Shown: positions 46,172 through 56,343 of the stretch, piece by piece
How the letters are laid out: each line of letters opens with the position of its first letter
Numbering within the stretch: position 1 is the stretch's first letter
From: an uncultured delta proteobacterium
GTDB lineage: Bacteria > Myxococcota > Myxococcia > Myxococcales > 40CM-4-68-19
Reading direction: 5' to 3'
Assembly: GCA_903911145.1 (NCBI GenBank)
Contig: CAIWCD010000015.1
Location: forward strand, 1-64,000
Length of the DNA stretch: 64,000 nucleotides
Made by a program: the position numbers and the translations under genes
Notes under the pieces: generated by a model
The model's input: the letters and a program-made list of their open reading frames with translations, nothing else
Told to the model about the DNA's origin: nothing
Databases searched by the model: none

Positions 46172-48295
46172 CTACGGACAGGAATCGGACGCGAGCGTTT
46201 CGTTGTTCGCATCCGGCACGGTCGGCACGCCCGTCTGCGCCCACGACTGCAGATAGCAGCGGTACTGGTGCATCGGCTGCTGCGTCTGGAAGACGGTCTC
46301 GTGGCCGTCGTCGATGTCGTCGGCGTAGTGCTGCACGAGCACGCCGGTGACCGACTTTCCATTGCGCGTGACGTTCAGCGATGCGGGCAGCGCGATCTGC
46401 GAGCGGCCGTTGAGAGACAAGAGCGAACGGATGTGCGGCAGCGTTGCGATCTCCGCGACCGTCTGATCAAGCGACGGGCCGGCGAGATCGATGCCGAGCG
46501 GCAGGCTCAACGAATTCGCCATCGGCAGCATGATGTAGTGGTCGACGATCCCTTGGAACATCAGGACCTGCTTGGGCGTCACGCCGGGAAGCGGCTCGCG
46601 CTGGATGAGGCGCGCATAGACCTGCGGATCGGCCGGCTCGCTTGCCCACTGGATCAGAGAGAGAACCGGATCGGCCGCGACCAGCTTGCGCCCGCTGCTC
46701 GTGTAGCCGATGAGGACCTCGGCGAGCGGCAGCACGTCGATCGGCATCTTCTTGTAGAGGACGTTGTTCATGTAGCTGCCGCCTGCGCCGCTCATGATCA
46801 TCGCGCCGATGCGCGGCTCGATCGCGGCCGAGAGCGGGCCGATCGTCGAACCCGTCGAGTGGCTGAACTGCGCGAGGTGGTGGATGTCGAACGACTGCGT
46901 TCCCGGCGTGGCGCCGTCGCAATCGCTCGCGTTGAGCGTGAGTTGCTCGATGGCGCGGGCCACCAGCGACGTCTCCATCGCGCTCTCGCGGATGTTGTCG
47001 CGCAGCGCATCTGGATTCTGGAAATTGAAGACGAGAAACTCCTCATCGGCACCGTTCGGGTTGCGCGAACCACCGAGCGGACCATCGACCTGGATCCCTG
47101 CGTAGCCGATCTGCGCGAAATTCTTCGCGGGCCCCTCTCCCGGCGCGTTGGGTCCGCCGACCACAGAGGCCGGACCGCGGTCGACCATCGGGACCGGACC
47201 ATTTCCGCCTGCACGAATATAGAGAACCGCGGGCCAGCCTGAAGCAGGCTGCGCGCGGCGCGGAATCGTCACGAAGAGATTGGCGGTCTCGCTGCGCTGG
47301 TAGATCGGCGCGCCCGCGCTGGTGAAGGTCCAGCGGCCGCCGCTCGTGGCGTAGGGCGGCGTGCCGACCTGGTAGTCGGGCATCTGCACCGTGCTCTTGT
47401 AGAGACAGAAATCGGGATAGGTCTGCTGCAGTGTCAGCGGCGTCGTCGGCAGCGGAAGGGGATGCATGAGCGCGTCATCGCGCACCAGCGGCACCTGCGA
47501 GATCGGATCGCCCGTGGTGAATGCAGTGAGCGCGGCGAGCTGGTTCATCTGCGTGTGGCGCGCGGCGAGCGCTTCGACCGCTTCGACATAGACCGCGAAG
47601 GCCGCGTCAGGCATGCCCTGTGGCTGCACCAGATGCGCGAGCTGCACGAGAGAGAGCGGCGCGCCGAGCGGGACTCCCGACGCATCGCCGATCGCGCGAA
47701 GCGCGACGGCCGCGTAAGCGGTATTCGGGCGCAGCGGGAAGCCCTGCAGAGGGAGAATCGAGAGGAGATTCGGCGCGCCGAACGGACCTGCGTCGATGGT
47801 GAACGAGACCTGCACCGGGACCTGCACGAGGTAATCAGGGCTCGCCGGATCGATGCCGAGAAGGAAGACGTTTGAACTGGCGAGCACAGACGCGTCGAGC
47901 GAAGGCAGCGTGCTCGTGCGCAGCGGCCCGTCGAACTGGAAGAAGATCCCGCTCGAAGTGCCGAACCCGTTCGCGCTCTCTTCAAGCAGCGTGATGGCGC
48001 GGTTGATCAGATCGATCCCGCCCGGATTGGGAAAGAGAGGCAGGCCGAACTGCCGCGAGGGCGCACGCAGCTCCTCGCTCGGGAATGGACCGTCGTAGAG
48101 CGACGAGCGCGGCCCGAAGTTCATCTTCGCCTGCGTTCCCTGAATGGCCGCGAGAGGCTTGCACGCGAGGGTCAGAGAAACGAGCACGAGCAGGCTGGGC
48201 AAGGCCGCGCGCACGATCGAGCGAGCGGCGAGGCGAGCGATGTCATGGATTGAAGCGAGATTCATCGAAGGTCTCGGCGAGAGCGATCGGAGCAA
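46172..48295 (-). CDS. Large lipoprotein with C-terminal alpha/beta-hydrolase (lipase-like) domain
   Basis: Lipobox LTLAC, PFPS..GF N-domain, FSHSTGS elbow, QGIVD, DGH; true start probably downstream of 48295. Confidence 0.65.
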   Translation of the reverse strand: MLRSLSPRPSMNLASIHDIARLAARSIVRAALPSLLVLVSLTLACKPLAAIQGTQAKMNFGPRSSLYDGPFPSEELRAPSRQFGLPLFPNPGGIDLINRAITLLEESANGFGTSSGIFFQFDGPLRTSTLPSLDASVLASSNVFLLGIDPASPDYLVQVPVQVSFTIDAGPFGAPNLLSILPLQGFPLRPNTAYAAVALRAIGDASGVPLGAPLSLVQLAHLVQPQGMPDAAFAVYVEAVEALAARHTQMNQLAALTAFTTGDPISQVPLVRDDALMHPLPLPTTPLTLQQTYPDFCLYKSTVQMPDYQVGTPPYATSGGRWTFTSAGAPIYQRSETANLFVTIPRRAQPASGWPAVLYIRAGGNGPVPMVDRGPASVVGGPNAPGEGPAKNFAQIGYAGIQVDGPLGGSRNPNGADEEFLVFNFQNPDALRDNIRESAMETSLVARAIEQLTLNASDCDGATPGTQSFDIHHLAQFSHSTGSTIGPLSAAIEPRIGAMIMSGAGGSYMNNVLYKKMPIDVLPLAEVLIGYTSSGRKLVAADPVLSLIQWASEPADPQVYARLIQREPLPGVTPKQVLMFQGIVDHYIMLPMANSLSLPLGIDLAGPSLDQTVAEIATLPHIRSLLSLNGRSQIALPASLNVTRNGKSVTGVLVQHYADDIDDGHETVFQTQQPMHQYRCYLQSWAQTGVPTVPDANNETLASDSCP

Positions 48296-48311
48296 GGAGG
48301 CGAACGGGTGT

Positions 48312-49463
48312 TCAACCGCGAAGCAGCGTCAGTGCCCGCAGGAAGTTGCCACTGAAGACGCGCGTGATGCGCTCGTCGCGCCAACCGCGGTCGAGCATGA
48401 TCTGCACCAGGCGCGGCAACTCCAGACACGTCTTCATGTCGAGTGGCGGGACGATCGCGCCGTCCCAGTCGCTCCCGAGCGCAGGCGTCTCGTCTCCCGC
48501 GATCTTCGCGATGTGCTCGAGGTGGCGCACGATCGATTCCGCGCGGCCGCTGAAGATCGGATCGCCGAGAAAGCTCGACTGGTACATCACGCCGACGACG
48601 CCGCCGCTCTTCGCGATCGCGCGAACCTGCTCGTCATCGAGGTTGCGCCAATGCTCGTGCACGCCCGAAACGCCCGTGTGCGTGACGATCATCGGGAGGC
48701 TCTTGTCGTGAACCTCGAGCGCCTCCCAGAATCCCTTCTTCGAGATGTGCGCGAGGTCGACAAAGATGCGGCGCGCATTCAGCGACGAGACGAGCTGGCG
48801 GCCGACTTCGGTGAGCCCGCGATTTCCGCCGAGTGGCGCGCTCGTCCCGCCGACGCGCGAGTTCGACAGATGGACGAGCGTGACCCGCACGACGCTGGAG
48901 AAGTTCGCGGACGCAGAGGGCTCGCGCAGATCGTTTGAGTGCAAACCATTTTCCTTTGCACTCAAACCATCGTCGAGCAGACGCGCCGACTCGCTGTCTC
49001 GATCGATCGCGTTGCCGCCCTGGATACCGATGAACGCCGCGAGCTTTCCGTGGGCCTGCGCGTCCGCAAAGTCGCGCGCAGTGCGGACGAGCTGCACATC
49101 GTCCGGGACACTCGCGAGGATGCTCTTGAGGCGCGCGAAGTTCTTCTCGAAGACGCGCGGCCTCGCCGCCGTGCTGCGCAGCGGATTGGTCGAGATGACG
49201 AAGACGGCACCAGAGACCTGCGCCTCGCGAAGCCGCGGAAGATCAACCTGGCTGTAGAAGCGCGCACCGAGCAGACCGTGGCCGTGCCGCTTGCGCAGGT
49301 CGTAGCCGAGAATGCGCTGCCAGATGAACGAGTCGACGTGGAGATCGATCGGCCGCGCCGCAAGATAGAGATCGATCGCGGCTCGGGAAATGCCCAGCGA
49401 AGCGGCCCAGGCGTCAGGAGCTGCGCGATGGTCGGTGAACGCGAGGTGCGGGGAGAGGCTCAT
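48312..49463 (-). CDS. Membrane dipeptidase (M19) family
   Basis: IDLHVD, VDLAH, THTG, RNLDDEQ, LGSDWDG, GNFLR. Confidence 0.92.
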   Translation of the reverse strand: MSLSPHLAFTDHRAAPDAWAASLGISRAAIDLYLAARPIDLHVDSFIWQRILGYDLRKRHGHGLLGARFYSQVDLPRLREAQVSGAVFVISTNPLRSTAARPRVFEKNFARLKSILASVPDDVQLVRTARDFADAQAHGKLAAFIGIQGGNAIDRDSESARLLDDGLSAKENGLHSNDLREPSASANFSSVVRVTLVHLSNSRVGGTSAPLGGNRGLTEVGRQLVSSLNARRIFVDLAHISKKGFWEALEVHDKSLPMIVTHTGVSGVHEHWRNLDDEQVRAIAKSGGVVGVMYQSSFLGDPIFSGRAESIVRHLEHIAKIAGDETPALGSDWDGAIVPPLDMKTCLELPRLVQIMLDRGWRDERITRVFSGNFLRALTLLRG

Positions 49464-49529
49464 GCGGGGGCGCACCCTATCCTTTTTCTGCCGCTGTGTT
49501 GTTCAGACCAGAGTCGTGCGCGCCGAGAG

Positions 49530-50747
49530 CTAGCCGAACGCGAAGCCGTGCCCGCGATACGTCTGCGCACGCGACTCGATCTGAGCGCCGCGCACGAGGA
49601 GCAGCTCGTTGAACCGCTCCAGCGACTCACCAGCTTTCGCCGGACGGAACAGGACCGGCGCGCCGAGTGGGAGTTCGACGTTGGCGGGCACGCGCAGCGG
49701 CGTCTGCACTTCTCCCGCGCCCTCGTGCGGCAGCAGCGACAAGCCGGGTGGCAACCACGGGTGCGGTAGACGGGAGAGGCCGGCTTCACCCGAGGCAATG
49801 ACGCCTCCGCCCGCACACGTCACCAGGCCAGGCGCGGGTCTGCGTGTCACTTGCAGCGCGAATGAGAGCGCAGGCCGCAGCGCGATGGCGTCGATGTGAT
49901 CGAAGAGGTGGCTGGCGAGAAATCCTGACCCGATGGTCAGCTCATCGAGCGACGGGTCATCTCCGCAGAGCGCAATGCTTCCAGTCCCGCCGCCGTTGAA
50001 GAGTGTCGGCACGAGCTTGCGCGCGACGAGCTCGCTCACGATCTCCGCGCGCGAGCTTCGCAACGCAGCGATCGAGCGCCGCTTCATCGCGCGCACCGCG
50101 GCAGCTTGCAGCGCGCCTCCGCCTCGATCGGGAAGGCCGGCAACCTGCGCTTCGTAGCTCATCAGGCCGAGGAAGCAGGCCCCCCTCTCGCCCGCGATCC
50201 GCTCGGCGAGATCTGCGATCGCGCGGGCGGCGCGCAGCGGACTGCGCCGGACGCCGAGGTGAACGCGCGCACTTTCGAATGGCCGGTAGGAGGCGTCCAC
50301 GTCGAGCACCAGCGGCACGCGCACGCCCGCCGCCACACCCGCCCGCGCAATCACCTCGACCTGCGCCCAGTCATCAACGACGAGTGCCGCTCGCGCAGAA
50401 CGGTTGGCCTCGGCGACCATCTGGCAGTCGCGCGGATGCAGCGTCGGATACGCGAGCAGCAGATCGGTGTGCCCCTGCTTCGCAAGCCACGCTGTCTCTG
50501 CCGCAGAGAAGGTCATCAGGCCGCGAACGCAGTCCCCGCCGAGGTCGAGCAAGCGCGCCACCAGAGAGGGGCAGCGCACCGACTTGGTGGCGATTCGCAC
50601 CTGTCGATTCGCCTTGCGTGCGAGTCCGAAGAGCAGGCGCGCATTGGCCTCGAACGCATCGAGATCGCAGAGCGCAGCCGGCAGCGGCTCGTCGCCGAGC
50701 GCGCGCCGATAACGTGACCAGTTGGTCAGATCAAGTTCGCGCCCCAC
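49530..50747 (-). CDS. Fold-type III PLP enzyme (alanine racemase-like amino acid deaminase/aldolase)
   Basis: RIATKSVRC, GVRRSPLR, YEAQVAG, NGGGTGS, EGAGEVQTP, RPAKAGE. Confidence 0.88.
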   Translation of the reverse strand: MGRELDLTNWSRYRRALGDEPLPAALCDLDAFEANARLLFGLARKANRQVRIATKSVRCPSLVARLLDLGGDCVRGLMTFSAAETAWLAKQGHTDLLLAYPTLHPRDCQMVAEANRSARAALVVDDWAQVEVIARAGVAAGVRVPLVLDVDASYRPFESARVHLGVRRSPLRAARAIADLAERIAGERGACFLGLMSYEAQVAGLPDRGGGALQAAAVRAMKRRSIAALRSSRAEIVSELVARKLVPTLFNGGGTGSIALCGDDPSLDELTIGSGFLASHLFDHIDAIALRPALSFALQVTRRPAPGLVTCAGGGVIASGEAGLSRLPHPWLPPGLSLLPHEGAGEVQTPLRVPANVELPLGAPVLFRPAKAGESLERFNELLLVRGAQIESRAQTYRGHGFAFG

Positions 50748-50781
50748 CCTGTTTCTCCTCGGACGCGTGAACCCGCGCGGT

Positions 50782-51288
50782 TCAGACGGTGACGGCCTCG
50801 TCGCCCTCGTCCTTGCCGGGCACGAACGTCGCGAACGTCACCTTCGTTGGCGCCTCGACCTCGCTCGCCCGGCGCATCTTTCCCGTTGTGTAGAACCAGC
50901 GCCCGTTCTCGAGCGCAAACTCAGAGCGCTCGAGGAAGGACTCGTCCTTCCCCTGCTTGAACATCTGCGCGAGGAAGAGCACCTCGGCCTTCGCGCCGTC
51001 GGTCTTCTCCTCGAGGATCTGCAGGCCCGGATAGTCGTAGGCGCGGCACGCCCTGCGCAGCAGCGTAAGCATCTCCGACTCTGGCTGCGCGCGCTCCGGC
51101 AGCGACGCGTGAAGAGTCCGCAACAGATACGCCGCGTTCTCCAGCGCGAACGCCGAGTAACGCGAGCGCATCAACGAGACGGCATCGGGAGCTTCTTGCT
51201 CTCCACGCAGGTAGGGACGGCAGCAGGCCGCGTGCGTCTTGCCAGACGAGCAGGCGCACGGCTTCGAGGGGTCGAGATACTTGGGCAT
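50782..51288 (-). CDS. YchJ family protein (SEC-C + NTF2-like)
   Basis: CACSSG...CC, LMRSRYSAF, ERSEF...GRWFY. Confidence 0.92.
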   Translation of the reverse strand: MPKYLDPSKPCACSSGKTHAACCRPYLRGEQEAPDAVSLMRSRYSAFALENAAYLLRTLHASLPERAQPESEMLTLLRRACRAYDYPGLQILEEKTDGAKAEVLFLAQMFKQGKDESFLERSEFALENGRWFYTTGKMRRASEVEAPTKVTFATFVPGKDEGDEAVTV

Positions 51289-51315
51289 CTGCCGTCTCTA
51301 CCTTAGTGCCGCGGT

Positions 51316-52680
51316 CTAGAAGTGCTTGATGATCGCGTCGCCGAACTCCGAGCACTTCACTTCCTTCACGCCCGAGGCTCCCTCGGCCGTCATCAGGCGC
51401 GCGAAGTCGTACGTGACGGTCTTCGCCGCGATCGCGCCGTCCATGCCCTTGATGATCAGGTCGGCCGCCTCGTTCCAGCCGAGGTGGCGCAGCATCATCT
51501 CGCCGCTCAGGATCACCGAGCCCGGGTTGACCTTGTCGAGGTCGGCATACTTCGGCGCGGTGCCGTGCGTCGCCTCGAAGACGGCGTGGCCCGTGACGTA
51601 GTTGGTGTTGCCGCCGGGCGCGATGCCGATGCCGCCGACCTGCGCCGCGAGCGCGTCGGAGAGATAGTCACCGTTGAGGTTCAGCGTCGCGATGACGGAG
51701 AACTCCTCGGGCCGCGTCAGCACTTGCTGCAGCGTGATGTCGGCGATCGAGTCCTTGATGATGATGTCGTGCGGAACGATCGTGCCCATCGCCGTCTTCG
51801 TTCCTGCCGAGATCTTGCACCAGGGCCCGCCGTCGATCTCGACTGCGCCGAAGTACTTCTTCGCCGTGCCGTAGCCCCAGTCGCGGAACGCGCCCTCGGT
51901 GAACTTCATGATGTTGCCCTTGTGCACGATGTTGACGCTCGGCTTCTTCGCCGAGATCGCGTAGCTGATCGCGCTGTGCACGAGTCGCTCGGTGCCGAGG
52001 CGGCTGACGGCCTTGAGACCGACGCCGACTTCGACGACCACGTCCTCATGCGGCGCGCCGATTGCCTCGAGCTGCTTCTGCCAGCCCGCCGATGCCTCCT
52101 GCGTACCGAAGCGGACCTTCGTGTAGTCCTTCGGGAACTCCTTGGCGAAGAAGTCGAGAACCTTCTTCGCATCCGGTGTCCCGGCCGCGTACTCGATGCC
52201 GGCATAGATGTCTTCGGTGTTCTCGCGGAAGATCACCATGTCGACCTTGTCCGGGCGCTTCACCGGCGAGGGCACGCCCTTGAACCAGCGCACGGGACGC
52301 AGGCAGACGTAGAGATCGAGCTTCTGGCGCAGCTCCACATTGAGCGAGCGGATTCCGCCGCCGACGGGCGTGGTCAGCGGCCCCTTGATGCCGACGACGT
52401 ACTTGCGGAACGCGTCGATCGTCTCGCTCGGCAGCCAGGTGTCGAACATCTTCTTCGCCTTCTCGCCGGCGAAGACTTCCATCCAAGCAATCTGCTTCTT
52501 GCCGCCGTAGGCCTTCGCGACCGCCGCGTCGAGCACGCGCTGGCTCGCGCGCCAGATGTCAGGCCCCGTGCCGTCGCCCTCGATGAACGGGAGGATCGGA
52601 TGGTCGGGAACCTTGAGCTGACCATTCGCGAACGTGACGGGCTCTCCGTGTGCGGGGATCTGCGGTGCGGCGCTGGCCAT
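51316..52680 (-). CDS. icd: NADP-dependent isocitrate dehydrogenase
   Basis: [52 protein letters not shown]. Confidence 0.98.
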   Translation of the reverse strand: MASAAPQIPAHGEPVTFANGQLKVPDHPILPFIEGDGTGPDIWRASQRVLDAAVAKAYGGKKQIAWMEVFAGEKAKKMFDTWLPSETIDAFRKYVVGIKGPLTTPVGGGIRSLNVELRQKLDLYVCLRPVRWFKGVPSPVKRPDKVDMVIFRENTEDIYAGIEYAAGTPDAKKVLDFFAKEFPKDYTKVRFGTQEASAGWQKQLEAIGAPHEDVVVEVGVGLKAVSRLGTERLVHSAISYAISAKKPSVNIVHKGNIMKFTEGAFRDWGYGTAKKYFGAVEIDGGPWCKISAGTKTAMGTIVPHDIIIKDSIADITLQQVLTRPEEFSVIATLNLNGDYLSDALAAQVGGIGIAPGGNTNYVTGHAVFEATHGTAPKYADLDKVNPGSVILSGEMMLRHLGWNEAADLIIKGMDGAIAAKTVTYDFARLMTAEGASGVKEVKCSEFGDAIIKHF

Positions 52681-52802
52681 GCAGTGCTCCTGGTTGTCTG
52701 ATTGGAAAGGGCGCGCATCCTCGCGGAAGCGCTTGGGCGTTTGCAAGCGGGATCACGCGGCGTGCGGCAACTCGACCGGGTGCGCCGCGCGACACTCATC
52801 TT

Positions 52803-54008
52803 TCAGAGTCCCGCGGGCACCTGGCTCAAGTCGAGTTGCACGGCGAGGACGTCGACCGCGAAGTTCGCGCTTTCCGCCTCGATCGTCGTCGGTTCGTGGC
52901 CCAGCGCCTGAACACGCGGATCAAGCACCGAGGTCGACTGGTACGTGATGAGCGCGTGGGTCGCGTCGAGGCCGACGATGCCCGGACTTCCCGTCTCTCC
53001 CTCGCTCTGCGGGAGGTCGGCGATCAGGCTGAGTTGCTGGGCCTGGTCATCGACCTGCCAGAGAGCTGTACGGCCCCGTCCATCGCTGAGCGTGTGACCG
53101 CCGAGAAGGAGCAGCACACCGTCGAACTCGAAGAGAACGGGCGATGCGATCGGAGCCTGCGCGACCGACCAGCAGGTGAAGCTGTAGGGGAGTTGCACCG
53201 CGGTATGGCAGATCGTCTGCTGATCGATGCTCCCGCTCTCAGCGCGCTCAGGTATCGCCAGCCAGAGAGAATTGTCGGCACGCTGGAGCAGGTCGGCCTG
53301 GTGCGCGCCCGGCCCGACCGGAACAGTGATACCGCCGTTGAACGTCTGACCGTCTGTGCTCGCGAACAGAGCGAGGCCGCCAGGCGCGTCGTTGGCGAAG
53401 AGCTCGTCGGCCTTCCACGCCGAAAGCCAGACCGAATCGCTCACTGCACGCGGTCGCCACGCTTCGCTGCCGCTGACGAGGCCTGCGCTCGCGAGCTTGC
53501 TGAACACCGTCCCGTCCGACGACGAGGCGGCAAGCACCTGCGTCTTGTGCTGGTTCGGATCTGTGGGGTCCCACGCGGTGACCGTCGCGCGAAGCTTGTC
53601 CTGATAGACGACCAGTTTCGGCTCGCGCAGGTCCAGACCGGTCGCGCTCAAGACAGCTGTCTTTTTCCACGTCGCACCGCTGTCCGTCGAGGTGACGACG
53701 TAGACGCTGCTGCTCGCAGAGACCGTGTACGCGCTCGAATGGCGGAAGATCGCGAACAGCGCGCCATTGAACGCGACGACGTCGGTGCCGGAATTGTGCG
53801 TGCCGTCGTGGAATACCGTCACGGCGCTCGAGACGTAATTCCCGACTGTCGTGCCTGCGTCGTTGAGCGGGTTGTTGTGGCATGTGCCGCCGCCATCCGG
53901 ATTGCACGGATAGACCTGGCCCTGGCCCGCGCAGCCGATGAGCGCCGTCGCGGCAAGCGCGATCGCTGAACGCAGGAGACGGCGAGCGCTGTGCGGAGTC
54001 AGACGCAT
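52803..54008 (-). CDS. Lipoprotein with sialidase-like beta-propeller (Asp-box repeats)
   Basis: Lipobox LIGC; STDSGATW, SSDGTVF, STDGQTF, DLREP. Confidence 0.72.
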   Translation of the reverse strand: MRLTPHSARRLLRSAIALAATALIGCAGQGQVYPCNPDGGGTCHNNPLNDAGTTVGNYVSSAVTVFHDGTHNSGTDVVAFNGALFAIFRHSSAYTVSASSSVYVVTSTDSGATWKKTAVLSATGLDLREPKLVVYQDKLRATVTAWDPTDPNQHKTQVLAASSSDGTVFSKLASAGLVSGSEAWRPRAVSDSVWLSAWKADELFANDAPGGLALFASTDGQTFNGGITVPVGPGAHQADLLQRADNSLWLAIPERAESGSIDQQTICHTAVQLPYSFTCWSVAQAPIASPVLFEFDGVLLLLGGHTLSDGRGRTALWQVDDQAQQLSLIADLPQSEGETGSPGIVGLDATHALITYQSTSVLDPRVQALGHEPTTIEAESANFAVDVLAVQLDLSQVPAGL

Positions 54009-54117
54009 GGCAGTGGGCCTTTTCGCGTGCGATAGAGGGACCGTCAATCGACGATTGCCCGACGGCCAACCCCGGTTAGAGTGCGCGCTCGAGATGACGC
54101 CGGGAGGGCGTGCACGA

Positions 54118-54462
54118 ATGCAACTCGACCTGAATTGCCAGAAGTGTGAGGAGTCGTTTTCGCTCGAGCTCACGGAGCTGCAGGCGGAACCGGAGATCCG
54201 CTGCCCAGGCTGCAACGCGCGCGCGGCCACAGGGCAGATCGAAACGCTGATTGAAGCGCTCGACGATCTCTTCGCAGCGGTCGCTCCGCTGCGCCGCAAG
54301 TTCCAGGTGACGCTGGAGATCGACAGCGAGGATCTGCCGCCGCCCTACGACGAGGAACCCTCGGTCGGGAAGGCGAAAGTCGCCGACCCCGATGAAGAAG
54401 ATGAGGACGAGGACGAGGCGGACGACGAAGAGGAAGACGACGAGATCGAAGAAGACGCGTAA
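54118..54462 (+). CDS. Zinc-ribbon protein with acidic tail
   Basis: CQKC...CPGC, long D/E tail, GGAGG upstream, 9 bp before pyk. Confidence 0.8.
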   Translation: MQLDLNCQKCEESFSLELTELQAEPEIRCPGCNARAATGQIETLIEALDDLFAAVAPLRRKFQVTLEIDSEDLPPPYDEEPSVGKAKVADPDEEDEDEDEADDEEEDDEIEEDA

Positions 54463-54471
54463 GAAGAGCGC

Positions 54472-55881
54472 ATGCGAAAAGCAAAAATCATCTGCACGAT
54501 GGGGCCGGCCTCGCGTGAGGAGCCTGCACTCGGCCGCCTCGTTGCCGCCGGCATGGACGTCGCGCGGCTGAACTTTTCGCACGGCACTCATGAGGATCAT
54601 GCGCGGGCGATCGCGGCGGTGCGTGCGGCCGCGCTGACGGCGGGACGGCCGATCGCGCTGCTCGCGGATCTGCAGGGTCCCAAGATTCGCGTCGGGAAGA
54701 TCGACGGCGGCAAGGTACTGCTCGTCGATGGCAGCGAGGTCACCATCGCCGTCGAGGAGCTCGCGCTCGGCACCGCCGCGCGCTTCTCCTGTTCGTACGT
54801 CGGGCTGCCCAATGACGTCACGCCCGGCGATCCGATTCTGATCAACGACGGCGCGATCCGCCTCGAGGTCCTCCAGGTCCAGGGCAAGGAGGTTCGCTGC
54901 CGCGTCGTTGTCGGCGGGATGCTCTCCGATCACAAAGGGATCAACCTGCCCGGCACCGCGGTGAGCATTCCCGCGCTGACGCCGAAAGATCTCGAGGATC
55001 TTAAATTCGCGCTGGCGCAAGGGGTCGACTTCGTCGCGCTCTCGTTCGTTCGCTCTGCCGACGACATCCGCGAGATCAAGCGCATCACGGGCGACACGCC
55101 GATCATCGCCAAGATCGAGAAGCCGCAGGCGGTCGATCGCATCGACGAGATCGCGCAGATCGCGGACGGCATCATGGTGGCGCGCGGAGACCTTGGCGTC
55201 GAGATGCCGCTCGAGCGCGTCCCGCTGATCCAGAAGATGGCGATCGAGCGCACTGCGGCGCACGGGAAGATCTCGATCGTCGCCACGCAGATGCTCGAGA
55301 GCATGATCGTCGCCTCTTCGCCGACGCGCGCCGAAGTCAGCGACGTGGCCAACGCGATTCTCGACGGCGCGGGCGCGGTGATGCTCTCGGCGGAGACGGC
55401 AACGGGCGCGCATCCCATCGAAGCGGTGCGCACGATGGCGACGATTGTCGAGGAGGTCGAGCGCTCGGCGCGTTTCGCGGCGAGGCCCGTCGCGGAGATC
55501 GAGCGGACCGACTCGAGCTTCGCAACGGCTGTCGCCAAGGCCTGCGCGGCGGCGGCGGGACAGCTCGGCATCGGCACCATCTGCGTCTACACGCGCACGG
55601 GAGAGACCGCGCGGCAGATCGGCGAGTACCGCCCGCAGGCGCGCATCGTCGCCTTCACCGGCAGTGACGCGGCCTATCACCGCATGGCGCTCTATTGGGG
55701 CGTCACCGCGCGCAAGGTGCAGACGCCGTTTGAGGCCACCGACGAGATGATCGCGGCGGTCGCGAAATCGCTGCTCGACTCTGGCGAAGCGATGCGCGGA
55801 GAAGCCGTCGTCATCGCGAGCGCGGTACCGCCGAACCGACCGACGTTCGGCGCGAGCATGATGCAGATCCACCGCTTGTAG
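54472..55881 (+). CDS. pyk: Pyruvate kinase
   Basis: KIICTMGPAS, RLNFSHG, DLQGPKIR, IAKIE, MVARGDLG, ATQMLESM. Confidence 0.98.
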   Translation: MRKAKIICTMGPASREEPALGRLVAAGMDVARLNFSHGTHEDHARAIAAVRAAALTAGRPIALLADLQGPKIRVGKIDGGKVLLVDGSEVTIAVEELALGTAARFSCSYVGLPNDVTPGDPILINDGAIRLEVLQVQGKEVRCRVVVGGMLSDHKGINLPGTAVSIPALTPKDLEDLKFALAQGVDFVALSFVRSADDIREIKRITGDTPIIAKIEKPQAVDRIDEIAQIADGIMVARGDLGVEMPLERVPLIQKMAIERTAAHGKISIVATQMLESMIVASSPTRAEVSDVANAILDGAGAVMLSAETATGAHPIEAVRTMATIVEEVERSARFAARPVAEIERTDSSFATAVAKACAAAAGQLGIGTICVYTRTGETARQIGEYRPQARIVAFTGSDAAYHRMALYWGVTARKVQTPFEATDEMIAAVAKSLLDSGEAMRGEAVVIASAVPPNRPTFGASMMQIHRL

Positions 55882-55917
55882 TCTGCTGCACAAACGACGA
55901 TCCACCGAGGAGGCGGC

Positions 55918-55957
55918 GGCTTTCCGAGACGACGACTGCTCCTCGGAAAGCCATTTC
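55918..55957. terminator. Hairpin between convergent pyk and comEA-like genes
   Basis: ggctttccgag...ctcggaaagcc followed by atttc. Confidence 0.55.
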
Positions 55958-55987
55958 TGACCGGCGGGTCAGGAATTCAATTCCGCG

Positions 55988-56287
55988 CTACTTCACCTTG
56001 TGCGCGATCACCAGCTCCTTGAACTTCGCGTACGTCGCCTTCGGGACAATCTTCTTCTCGACCAGCTCGTCCTTCGCCTTGTACGGACGGCCCGCGACGA
56101 TCTTCTTCGCGTAGGCATCGCCGACGCCCGGGAGCTCCTTGAGCTGATCCTCGGTCGCGGTGTTGAGGTCGAGCTTCTCCGCCTTGGCCGCGGCCGCGAC
56201 CAGCACGCCCGAGCTGGCGAGCGCGCTGCCCGGCACTGCAAACACGAACGCAAGCACAACGGCGACAGCAGCAATGATCTTCTTCAC
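55988..56287 (-). CDS. ComEA-like helix-hairpin-helix protein, exported
   Basis: GGAGG RBS + GTG; signal peptide; [31 protein letters not shown]. Confidence 0.9.
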   Translation of the reverse strand: MKKIIAAVAVVLAFVFAVPGSALASSGVLVAAAAKAEKLDLNTATEDQLKELPGVGDAYAKKIVAGRPYKAKDELVEKKIVPKATYAKFKELVIAHKVK

Positions 56288-56343
56288 GTGTCCTCCAGAA
56301 TTGAGTGGTGCGACGCGCGCTCGCATACCACAGCGCCCCTGGA

